A stretch of DNA of 9,260 nt from Paraspadella gotoi (lineage: Eukaryota > Animalia > Chaetognatha): positions 1 to 9,260 of the forward strand of contig JBJCIZ010000689.1 of the NCBI GenBank assembly GCA_051294375.1, given 5' to 3'. Both the position numbers and the translations under genes were made by a program. The first letter of the stretch is position 1; every line of letters begins with the position of its first letter. Below, in pieces: positions 1 to 8,389 of the stretch. The notes beneath the pieces were generated by a model, which was not told the DNA's origin, did no database searches, and saw nothing but the letters and a program-made list of their open reading frames with translations.

Positions 1-2
1 CT

Positions 3-290
3 CATTTAAAAGATATAACCTTACATGAAACAGGTGGTCCTTTCAAGATTGATGTATTGATAGGTATGGATCTTGCCCATTCCCTTGTGCCTGATGCTTC
101 TACCATGCGTAGAGGCCCTCGGAATGCACCTTGTGCAGTTCAAACACGATGGGGGTGGACAGTATTTGGCGGTAACTCTTCAGCCTGCTCTCAGTTTGAG
201 TGTGATGCTATTAATTTTGACAATGAGATTTTGTCACAAAAGTTGGATAAACTTTTACCACTCATGAACTTTATGGACCAATCTGCATGA
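3..290 (+). pseudogene. C-terminal part of the BEL aspartic-protease region (DUF1758-like)
   Basis: The frame from base 3 reads HLKDITL...IDVLIGMD...GPRNAPCAVQTRWGWTVFG, matching the BEL pattern HLxDL...IDxLIGxD...PxAxxTxxGWxxxG. Confidence 0.8.
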
Positions 291-434
291 AGATTAAGAT
301 TGTCGAGTCATCAGAACAGATAAAAGCTCTTGCGCAGTCTTTAAAGGATCTTCTATAAAATTTAGTTAAAGAAGAATGGCCATTATCAAGTTGCATTACC
401 TTGGAAGGAGAGTCGGGCAAAAGCTGCTGAGGTC

Positions 435-1229
435 TTGGACCCAGATGCCAGTGCAAAAATGGCACTCAAAAGATTGAAAAAGGTTGAAACTGTTCTGAGA
501 AACAATGAGGAAGTCAAAAACAATGTTTTTGATCAAGTTGAGACTTGGTTAAGGGAAGGTTATATTTCCATTGTTAAGAATCCTTTTGACAGACCCAAAG
601 GAAAACCCATTTGGGTTATGCCTATAATCCTGGTCCAAAGAGATGACAANNNNNNNNNNNNNNNNNNNNNNNNNNNNNNNNNNNNNNNNNNNNNNNNNNN
701 NNNNNNNNNNNNNNNNNNNNNNNNNNNNNNNNNNNNNNNNNNNNNNNNNNNNNNNNNNNNNNNNNNNNNNNNNNNNNNNNNNNNNNNNNNNNNNNNNNNN
801 NNNNNNNAATTTTTTTACCAAGTCAAGGTTGATCCCGAAGATAGAGATGCATTCCGTTTTTGGTTTTGGCCTGACAGGGAAATGAAAGAAGATCCCATTC
901 TGTTCCATAACAATTGCTTGGTCTTTGGTGCCAAACCAGCACCAACAGCTGCCAACTTTGCTGTCCAAGAACATGCAACACAAAACNNNNNNNNNNNNNN
1001 NNNNNNNNCAGTTAACACGATAAAGAGAAGAATGTATGTTGATGACATCATCACTTCCAAACCAAATGTTTCTCAAGGAAAACAGCTCATTGACCAATTG
1101 ACTAAGTTACTTAGGCAAGGTGGTTTTGAGCTGGGAAAATTTGTGTCAAACAGTAAAGAGTTGTTGGCTGAGTTATGGATCCCTCAGATGCTTGCAAAAT
1201 TCCAGTTTTGTGCATTTAATGTTTTTTGA
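435..1229 (+). pseudogene. Reverse transcriptase domain (BEL/Pao type)
   Basis: FYQVKVDPEDRDAFRFWF, LVFGAKPAP, catalytic MYVDD at 1032-1046, GGFELGKFVSN. Motif A falls in the N run starting at 650. Confidence 0.93.
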
Positions 1230-1353
1230 CTCTGGAAGAAATCCCATACAGAAAAGCTTGGAGATAATTTCTGATGTAGACAACAGATTGTTTGGGTTTA
1301 AAATAAGCATTTTTAAAGATGGGGAAAAGGTCACGAACTAGAGGAGAAAAGCT

Positions 1354-2073
1354 TTGTCTCTCACTGCTTCCATCTTTGACCCATTAGGCTTTGCTGCACC
1401 CTTTATTCTCATTGCTAGACAACAAGTACAAAAGTTTTGTGCAAATAAACTTGGTTGGGATGAAATAATCTCTGAGGAAGAAACCAAGCTGATTGAAAAA
1501 TGGCGAGAATCATTATGTCATCTTGAAAAGGTTATGATTCCTCGTTGGCTCTCTTCCAAAGACATGAAAGAAATCATCTCCAGAGAATTGCACATGTTTA
1601 GCGATGCGTCAATGGAAGGTTACGGGGTTGCTGCGTATGAAAGACTGACAGATAATGAAGGAAATATTAAAGTCTCATTTTTTATGGGAAAGGCAAGGGT
1701 GATTCCACTCAATCAAATTACTACTGGTTTACATGGGTCTATCCCAAGGAAAGAGTTAGTCGCTGCCCTTTCTTCGGCGGAGACTGCTGGATTTATTGTC
1801 AGTCAAGTTGATTATTCCTATGATNNNNNNNNNNTCTGGGTCGACTCTACCTGTGTCTTGAAACAAATAAGAAATGAAAATGCCCATTACAAACAATTTG
1901 TTGCCAATCGCTTAAGTAAAATTCATGCTAAGACTAAAGTAGAACAATGGCGATACGTCCCAACAAAACAAAACCCAGCTGACCTCTGTTCACGAGGCAT
2001 TGTTGCTGATGATCAGGATGCCTGGAATTTTTACCACAATGGTCCTAACTATTTGTTATGTAATAGAGAATGA
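1354..2073 (+). pseudogene. Connection plus Pao RNase H domain (Peptidase_A17 family)
   Basis: ASIFDPLG, LGWDE, IPRW, LHMFSDAS (1588-1611), PRKEL (1744-1758), WVDS (from 1837), FVANR, WRYVPTKQNPADLCSRG. Confidence 0.93.
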
Positions 2074-2425
2074 ATGGCCTCTGAGGATGCCTCTGCAGCT
2101 CAGTCCTACGCCGATTCACCTGACTGTTTGCAGCTCCAATTCAGGTCTCTAAAAGTATCAAAGAACTAGTATTCTTGATGATCTGACAGCCAACATTTCT
2201 ACTTGGGATAAAATCATAAGAAGGCTTGCCATATTCAGGCGCTGCATTTATCCAACTAAAAGGAAAAATTATTTTTCACTTTCTGAATACCAAAATGCAG
2301 AGCTCAACGNNNNNNNNNNNNTTCAGAAAAAGCATTTCCACCGCGAGTATGAGTTTCTTTCTAAGAATTCTAAGTGTTGTAAGGTTCCATCAGAGACGCA
2401 ATGCAATAAGCATCACTGGGATGAA

Positions 2426-3400
2426 ATGTCTTGGAACAAAAACAAAAAGGAATTATGTGGGTTTGCTTCTCCATTACAAGCATTTGATCCTTTTTTGGAT
2501 GAAAATGGCATTATCCGAGTAGGTGGTCGTTTGCACAGAGCAGATTTGACACCCGAATCCAAGCATCCAGCCATTCTTCCTTCAAATGACAAAGTTGTCC
2601 ATTCTTTGATTCGATACACTCATGATTACACCTTTTTTTCCATCCCCCATGATTCTCTTGCCATGGGTGGTACTGAGGCAGACTCTTGCTGAGTCTTAAG
2701 ACACACGCTTTTTGGATCATAAAAGCGCACGGGCAAACTGTAAAAGAAAGTTTCTATCTAGTTGCTCCAATGTAAGAAGCATTTCAGGTCGTCATTAGAA
2801 CAAAAATGCTCCTGTTAACTATCGTTCGCACTCAAATAGGCTACCCCATTTGAAGCCACAGGAGTTGATACATTTGGTCCATTTTTCCATTAAGGTCTGG
2901 AAGAAGTAACATAAAACATTGGGTTTTAATATTTACATGTTTACGAGTAAGAACTGTGATTTCGAGGTTAATAATGGAGCTCTTCAACTGCAGCATTCAT
3001 ATAAATCTGCATCGATCGATTCGTGGCCTGAGCGCCGACCTGGAGCTACATATCATGTACTCTGACAATGGCACAACTTTGTTGGGCCCAAAAAACGCAA
3101 ACAAAAAAGAATCTTCTTAAAGGCAATTCAATGAATGGAAACTCTGATCCATGCAAGTCATGCTTCATGAACCGATCCCAACATGAAATGCACTCAATCC
3201 TCCCTCATCGTCTCCTCATTGGGGAGGTGTTTGGAAGGTAGACCGGTCAAAACAGCTCTTCATTTATTCTGTGACAAAAAGAGAAATTAAATCTGATACC
3301 TTCCTCACGCTGGTAACAGTTGCCGAAGGCATAGTTAACCGGCGCCCACTGACACGTGGTCCAAACTGAAGCTAACCGATCTTGAAGGCCTTACGCCCGA
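2426..3400 (+). pseudogene. Integrase (pre-integrase region, zinc-binding region, DDE core), heavily frameshifted
   Basis: PFLDENGIIRVGGRL, HPAILP, LIRYTH, FWII and a frameshifted Cys pair near 2763-2773; GVDTFGP 2861-2881; KHWVLIFTC; MYSDNGT from 3055; PHWGGVW 3214-3234; AEGIVNRRPLT 3322-3354. Confidence 0.9.
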
Positions 3401-3510
3401 TCGATGAATTCTCAATCTGGGTCACAGCGTTGGACAGCATCCTTCTGATCATCCCCTCCACGACGGCAGATGCACGTTTTCTGTGATGCCTGGAAGCAAG
3501 AGCCGCCACA

Positions 3511-3800
3511 TTGGGCGACGAATTTTGGGCGATGGCGCAGCGCGAATATATTTCGCTGCTCAATCTCGCAATGAACCTGGAGGAAAGACCCGCAGAAATC
3601 TCAAAAAGGGCGATTTGCTGCTCATCACCGAATGTGAGACTGGTTCCTCGGGCGCAATGGTCTATGGCGCGTCGTGACCGACGACTTTTGCCGACAAGTA
3701 TGAATCCAGCCAGCTTGTACGTCGGGTCTTGGTCCGTACGGCGAATGGGAAAACTTTATCTCCCGCGATCCGCCTCCTGCCCTTGTACTACTTGAAGCTG
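3511..3800 (+). pseudogene. BEL pol C-terminal DUF5641-like domain
   Basis: DEFWAMAQREYISLL, NLKKGDLLLI (other frame) and PRAQWSMAR match the FWxxWxxEYL / LxxGDxVL / PRxxWxxxR pattern. Confidence 0.8.
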
Positions 3801-4385
3801 CTGCGATTTTCCTGACGATGGGGGTAAATCCGACCCTTCTGTCATTGATCATACGCTATCCATCCTTCAATTGAAGTTGGATGAAATAGAACTGAAACAT
3901 TTCTAAAAATTTTGGTTGCCTAACTTTGTACAGATTTGTTCTGATTTAACAGTAGATTACCTTACTTGGCATGCTATCTTACTAGTGCTAATGATTTAGT
4001 AAATTCGATATTTATTAGATATAAATAATTATACCGTATATTAATATCATTCTAATATTCAGAGACGAAATATAACACTAAGTGCCACTCTTATCTATAA
4101 AATTCACATTAATTATATATCTTTGTCGATAGAGAATGCCGTGGAGAATGATTGTTAAATTTTTTAATTGGGTTTGGACGAATAGTCTCTCGGTTGTTTG
4201 ATGCCCTTTTTATTATTGCAATTCGATTATTTATTTTGTTGCTTACGAAGTATCTGGAATTGATCAAGTATTTTAAAAGTCGCTCTCTGATGGTTTAGTC
4301 CTTATGATTGTGCCTTAACAAAGATATAAAAAGAGAGTGCTTACTAAAACTAAGAGGATAAGTTACCAATGATCGTGGACAGTCC

Positions 4386-4404
4386 GTGGGCGTTTGGGGT
4401 GATA
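4386..4404 (+). other. Imperfect polypurine-tract candidate
   Basis: GTGGGCGTTTGGGGTGATA just upstream of the TGT LTR start; G-rich but not purely purine. Confidence 0.35.
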
Positions 4405-4484
4405 TTTTGTAATTTTAAATGGGTTAAGCTTAAAGTTGAACTATTTTTTAATAAGTTTCTTTTTTTTGGTAATCTTTAGAAATA

Positions 4485-4579
4485 GTCTCCCTTCGACTTG
4501 GCTTTATGTCTCCCTTTCGACATTGCTTTAATGTCTCCCTTCTAACTGCTTCACGTCTCACGCCTCATGGTTATGTCTA
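4485..4579 (+). repeat. Degenerate 20-25 bp tandem repeat (GTCTCCCTT-led) inside the candidate LTR
   Basis: Units start at 4485, 4508 and 4533 (GTCTCCCTT...GCTT), with decayed starts at 4555 (GTCTC) and 4575 (GTCTA). Confidence 0.8.
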
Positions 4580-4618
4580 CTAACAATAAGATATTACTAA
4601 ATTTACATTCTTCGATCT

Positions 4619-4628
4619 TATAAATAAA
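4619..4628 (+). promoter_or_regulatory. TATA-like box overlapping AATAAA in the candidate LTR
   Basis: TATAAATA at 4619-4626 and AATAAA at 4623-4628, mid-LTR. The AT-rich background makes chance occurrence possible. Confidence 0.35.
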
Positions 4629-4832
4629 TAGCAAGTCAGAAAACACTAGGCTCGCTCACGGCGTTTATGGTAAAATCCTCAATAGTTTTTATTGCTACTT
4701 GGTGAAAATTGAAAATGTTCGCTGTGAAAAGTTCTGACTTATCAATTTTGTATATGATCTAAGGGGTTATAATCAAATTATCCTTGTCTTAAATAACAAA
4801 CGAATATTAGTTGGAATCTTACAAATAACATG

Positions 4833-4866
4833 ATATATATTATATAGATATATATAATTTATATAT
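4833..4866. repeat. Imperfect (TA)n microsatellite
   Basis: atatatattatatagatatatataatttatatat directly after the candidate LTR end. Confidence 0.8.
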
Positions 4867-5207
4867 GTGGTATATTCATTAATAAATTCAACCACAAACA
4901 TGAATCAAAGTGTTGTTATTCGGTAATTAACTCTTAGTGGTGAGCTGTGTGACCTGTTTAAAATAAAGGAAATTGCTATTCAAATGATTGTCGATTCAAA
5001 AAAAAAAATATTTTGGTAAAATTCGTTTAGGCTATTTCCTCTAGGACTGAGAAACGTTTGGTGTATTATTTTTCTAAAAAATGAAATATTTCTTTCACCA
5101 GTGACATTTCAAAATTATGGTGACAATTTATTGATGAAACAATAAGTTATAATCAACAACCCTAATCCTATACCTTAGTAAAGTAGGCGTAGTGAAAGTT
5201 TTTTCAG

Positions 5208-5730
5208 ATCAAAATACGAATAGTTGTTCATGAACAGTGCTTGTAAAAAGAACATTGATATATAAATTTTTAAAAAAAATTTTGTTTAATTTTCGCATAA
5301 TACTTACCATAAGAAAATGTCAAAATTTAAATTTTTTTTTTTTTTGTTTTTTTTAGTTTTGAAAGGCAGATTCTAATTCCTCATAAAAAGGTTAAATAAA
5401 AGAAAAGTCTTAATAAAATGTTTTCATTAGGTTAGCTAAAAATTAAAAAAAGCGTATATTTTTTATACTAAAATAAAATTATAGGTTAATAATAATAGTT
5501 TTTTAACCTTTTGACACCACTTAGTGAAATAAATTTTTTAAATTTTAAAAATTCCTTTAATCACTTTTTGTGAGGAATTCGAAATCTACTTTAAAATAAG
5601 AAATTTTAACATTTTTTTATGGTGAGTACATGTAAAATATGGGCGTATGCAAAAATTGAAAAAAAAATAAAATTAATTTTTTATATTTAAAATGTTCACC
5701 CTGTTCCGTGATCTACTATTCAAATTTGAT
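5208..5730. mobile_element. AT-rich foldback/MITE-like element (near full-length imperfect palindrome)
   Basis: Nested inverted matches: 5208-5237 with 5701-5730; 5301-5327 with 5602-5628 (24/27); 5375-5390 with 5564-5579 (15/16); centre near 5465. No coding capacity; no TSD identified. Confidence 0.75.
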
Positions 5731-5744
5731 TCTACTAATTTTAA

Positions 5745-6540
5745 TATTTTTGCTAAGCTTTACTTGTCAGCTTTTTATGACAGAATCCTTCTCTGGCTCG
5801 ATTTTGTGCCATGAGGAAAGTGCTGCAACGTTCTTCCAATCAGTAACAGTTAGAACTTTGGATCTGAATTTAGTCCTGCCACTAATGTAAATGAGATGCC
5901 GCCGTCTCACTTTTTATGAAAACGCAGGGAGCAAATCTAATACCAAAGTCCATTGGCCTGCTAACTTCTGGCTCCAATGAGTACTATCAGATTCTTAGAA
6001 TAGTAGCGTGATATAAATCACTACAGTGCCACACCTGGAAGATTCTCTAAATCTTGACAACAAATAAGAAAATCAAGTAAGAAATGCAACATAAATAGAA
6101 TCGTTAATAAGGTAAGATGATCATATGCTAAGAAGAGTTTGTGATACCAAGACAAATTCCACACCCTATAGTTATTTATAAGTATGATGGACAATCTCTG
6201 TAAACAGATTTAACACTCCTGCTCTTTTTCATTAACCAAGGTTCTGGATGCATTAGCGCCTTAACCAGGGATAACAAATGACAAGAACGCCTCCCTCTGC
6301 ACAGCTGCAAAGAATTAATTGTAATATCATTACGTCCATGTCAAGAATCTTTCTCTAATGGTAGATAAAAGCAATAACAACAACAATACATGTTGGTTAT
6401 CATAGACAAAATATTAAGGACATGATGCAACATAAGTAATGGAAATTGTTGGCAGGGGTTAATATTTAAAACCCTTTAGCTCATTCTTTCTTTCAAAATC
6501 TCACCACTTTTTGGCCTGACTTTTTTGTTAGGAGACTGTC
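5745..6540 (-). pseudogene. Possible decayed APE endonuclease (LINE ORF2 N-terminus, CR1/L2-like)
   Basis: Minus-strand RVLNIN near 6475, then I*SSYLINDSIYVAFLT*FSYLLSRFRESSRCGTVVIYI (~6126-6010), resembling the APE motifs ITESWL and YxxxRxDR...GGGVxIYI. Very degenerate. Confidence 0.35.
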
Positions 6541-6586
6541 CTGTTTGCTCTATTCGTTGCTCTCTGTTATAACTGAAGAGACAAGT

Positions 6587-6738
6587 AATTATTTATTATG
6601 TGTTAGTGACAGAACCGTTCAATATAAAGCAGTCCTGAGCTTCGGATGCAGGATGTAACACCTGCTAGGCGACACAGGGCTAGAACTCCAGACCTTTGGG
6701 TTGGAGGCGAAATGACTTGCCTCCGGCACCATGGTCGC
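6587..6738 (-). mobile_element. tRNA-derived SINE-like element
   Basis: Minus strand: 70 nt head (6738-6669) closed by GCGAC/GTCGC, A-box-like TGGTGCCGGAGG, B-box-like AGTTCTAGCCC, a structured body and a TAATAAATAAT tail. Confidence 0.6.
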
Positions 6739-7014
6739 GTCATAGAGGTTGGGGATTTTTAGTCCACCCATATTTAACACCACATGTATAAGTTGATCAA
6801 TTATAATAACTATGGTATCCTCTGACCTTAAGACATGGCTTTACTTTAAGGTCTTGCGATAGAACAAATTCAGTAAATCAATCATGAAGACTCATTCATT
6901 AGCCCTTCCTCAGGCATACAAATTGGCCACCTCACCATTTTGTTGTGCGCATTTGTAGTCGGGCATTACTATGGTTTACCCAGCCTATAAGCAATCGGAG
7001 ACCTTCAGTCCTGA

Positions 7015-7260
7015 CTCCGGGTGTGCTCATTGAGATAATGCAACAGCTCATGACCGTACTAGGTCTACCGGGTTCAATCCTAACCGGTTACCGTACCTCC
7101 GCGGGAGAGCGGTGAGGACGGCCGTAAGCTGCTTTGGGGGCATGGCAAACACTCAAGGCCTGGTTCCAAGCCCAGGGACCGTTTCATGGCTGCTTGGGGG
7201 TTATAGAAAGTTACGGACAGTCATCTTCAGCCCATGCAGTCGCCTTATCCACAGTTTAAC
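7015..7260 (+). mobile_element. tRNA-headed SINE-like element with structured body
   Basis: A-box-like GTGCTCATTGAG (7023-7034), B-box GGTTCAATCC (7071-7080), CCGG at 7017-7020 and 7084-7087 closing a ~70 nt head, then a GC-rich body. Ends are approximate. Confidence 0.6.
7122..7206 (+). ncRNA. Twister-ribozyme-like motif (type P1 layout), possibly inactive copy
   Basis: P4 CCUGG/CCAGG (7159-7163/7172-7176) with loop UUCCAAGC; T2 partner GC 7131-7132; T1 partner G-run 7196-7200; P2 AAGC/GCUU; optional P3 and P5 hairpins present. Confidence 0.65.
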
Positions 7261-7472
7261 CTCAAGAAAATTATAAAGGTTTTGATAAACGACCATCTGT
7301 CATTTGTCAATTTTATTCCATCTTCCTTTGCCTTCTTATTCTGCTTTCTTTCTCGTGGCGTTCAGACAACAGAGTTGTGGTCTCTTCTGACCTATCTAGG
7401 AATTGCATGAAGTTAAATAGGAGCGCAGACGTAAGCAATGAACATTTTTCGTATTAACCATCAGAAAAATGG

Positions 7473-7849
7473 AACACAGGAAGCAATATTCTTCACGCTC
7501 ATGATAAAGGATTACTCACTAATTTATCTTACATTTTGCTTGCGTTTTGATATTGATATGATTCACAATTTAATTTTTTTTTTCTTAATTTGTCTAAATT
7601 ATATTAAGTGTATACATAATCTCCATTTAGTTATTAAAAAAACAGATTTTTGGGAAAAAATCTTTCAATATACGGTAAGCACATATTGTAACAGAGAACC
7701 AAAATTTTTTTATTGTCAAAAACTTAAAAACACGGTAAACCCAAAAAGTAAAAATAAAAAAAATAAAAATCGGCGGATCCCAGACTTTTTTTTCCTAAAA
7801 ATTTCCGTTATGTTCAAGATTTATCGTTTTTTGCGCAGCATTTTTTGCT

Positions 7850-7886
<37 letters not shown>

Positions 7887-7949
7887 TTTTTATTTTTTTT
7901 TTCATGGGCAGCTTCTAAAAAATCGTTCTGAGAGTGAAGTTCCTGTGTT
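7473..7949. mobile_element. Second foldback/MITE-like element (core inverted repeats)
   Basis: AACACAGGAA 7473-7482 vs 7940-7949 (10/10); CTTCACGCTCA 7491-7501 vs 7929-7939 (10/11); inner imperfect pair 7641-7660 vs 7788-7809. True termini not found. Confidence 0.5.
7851..7902. repeat. Poly-T tract
   Basis: 52 bp T run with two A interruptions (7885, 7892). Confidence 0.95.
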
Positions 7950-8389
7950 TCAATGAAAGCTCAATTGCCGAAATTTAAAAATTTAACAAATTGCATTTCA
8001 GAAGAAAGTCTCTCCTGAGGGTAAGTAAAGACAAAACGTCAGTTAATGGCATCTCAACCGTCATTCCATATACTAGCTACATTTGGCGAGTATCCATTTT
8101 GCAATCAGTTTTTTTGGTTTTCATAGGAAAAATAACCTTTCAGAGATTGAATACTTTTTTTTCTAATTTTTAATTTGACTTTATTCACAAAGATTTGAGA
8201 ATAGAAAAGAAAAGCATACTCATTGTAGAGTATGATTAGAAAATTATCTAATACCAAAGTCTTAACAGGCTAGTCTTTTATTGGTTTGAGAGAGAGCACC
8301 TTTTTTGAAAATTTTCACCCTTTAGAAGGCTATATCTTCAAAAAGTTGGAATATCTAGAAAAATTTGGTATTGGTGCATCTTGTACCGT

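Larger units (their letters stand above)
3..3906 (+). pseudogene. pol: Disrupted pol polyprotein of the BEL/Pao element
   Basis: Pol motifs are spread over several + frames with stops at 290, 1229, 1341, 2073 and 2692 and many frameshifts after ~2070. The C-terminal stop is uncertain (3873 or 3906 depending on frame). Confidence 0.9.
1..4823 (+). mobile_element. BEL/Pao LTR retrotransposon, 3' portion (5' end lies outside the window)
   Basis: Domain order protease-RT-RNase H-integrase-DUF5641-like tail with Pao-type motifs (FSDAS, IPRKEL, NPAD, GVDTFGP, SDNGT, PHWGGVW, NRRPLT, DEFW). The 3' boundary depends on the LTR call. Confidence 0.93.
4408..4823 (+). repeat. Candidate 3' LTR (416 bp)
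   Basis: Starts TGTAA (4408-4412), ends TTACA (4819-4823), follows a G-rich tract, and contains short tandem repeats and TATAAATA. The 5' LTR is not in the window to confirm it. Confidence 0.6.

Noticed and set aside
549-1097. 182 aa minus-strand ORF and other short ORFs overlapping pol
   Set aside because: Antisense or off-frame shadows of pol, partly inflated by N runs; no motifs.
3907-4400. env-like extra gene after pol
   Set aside because: Only ~500 bp, AT-rich, with no ORF in the track.
4485-4579. CRISPR-like array
   Set aside because: Units abut one another with no unique spacers, there are no cas genes, and the context is a eukaryotic LTR.
5708-5890. 60 aa ORF with a hydrophobic, signal-peptide-like start
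   Set aside because: Begins inside the foldback arm with a GTG start; the hydrophobicity reflects T-rich DNA.
6600-6661. Plus-strand type III hammerhead
   Set aside because: CUGAGCU and GUAA do not match the required CUGANGA and GAAA boxes.
6669-6738. Functional tRNA gene (also 7017-7087)
   Set aside because: Anticodon and D arms do not pair properly, and both heads continue into SINE-like bodies.
6824-6853. GACCTTAA/TTAAGGTC hairpin
   Set aside because: Isolated 8 bp inverted repeat with no supporting context.
7245-7253. DnaA box TTATCCACA
   Set aside because: A single 9-mer in eukaryotic repeat DNA; treated as chance.
7438-7956. 172 aa ORF
   Set aside because: Low-complexity F/K/I/N sequence running through a poly-T tract and inverted repeats; best explained as a chance ORF.
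8200-8388. Possible further DNA-transposon fragment truncating the ORF1-like region
   Set aside because: Composition is suggestive, but I found no inverted-repeat partner or TSD.
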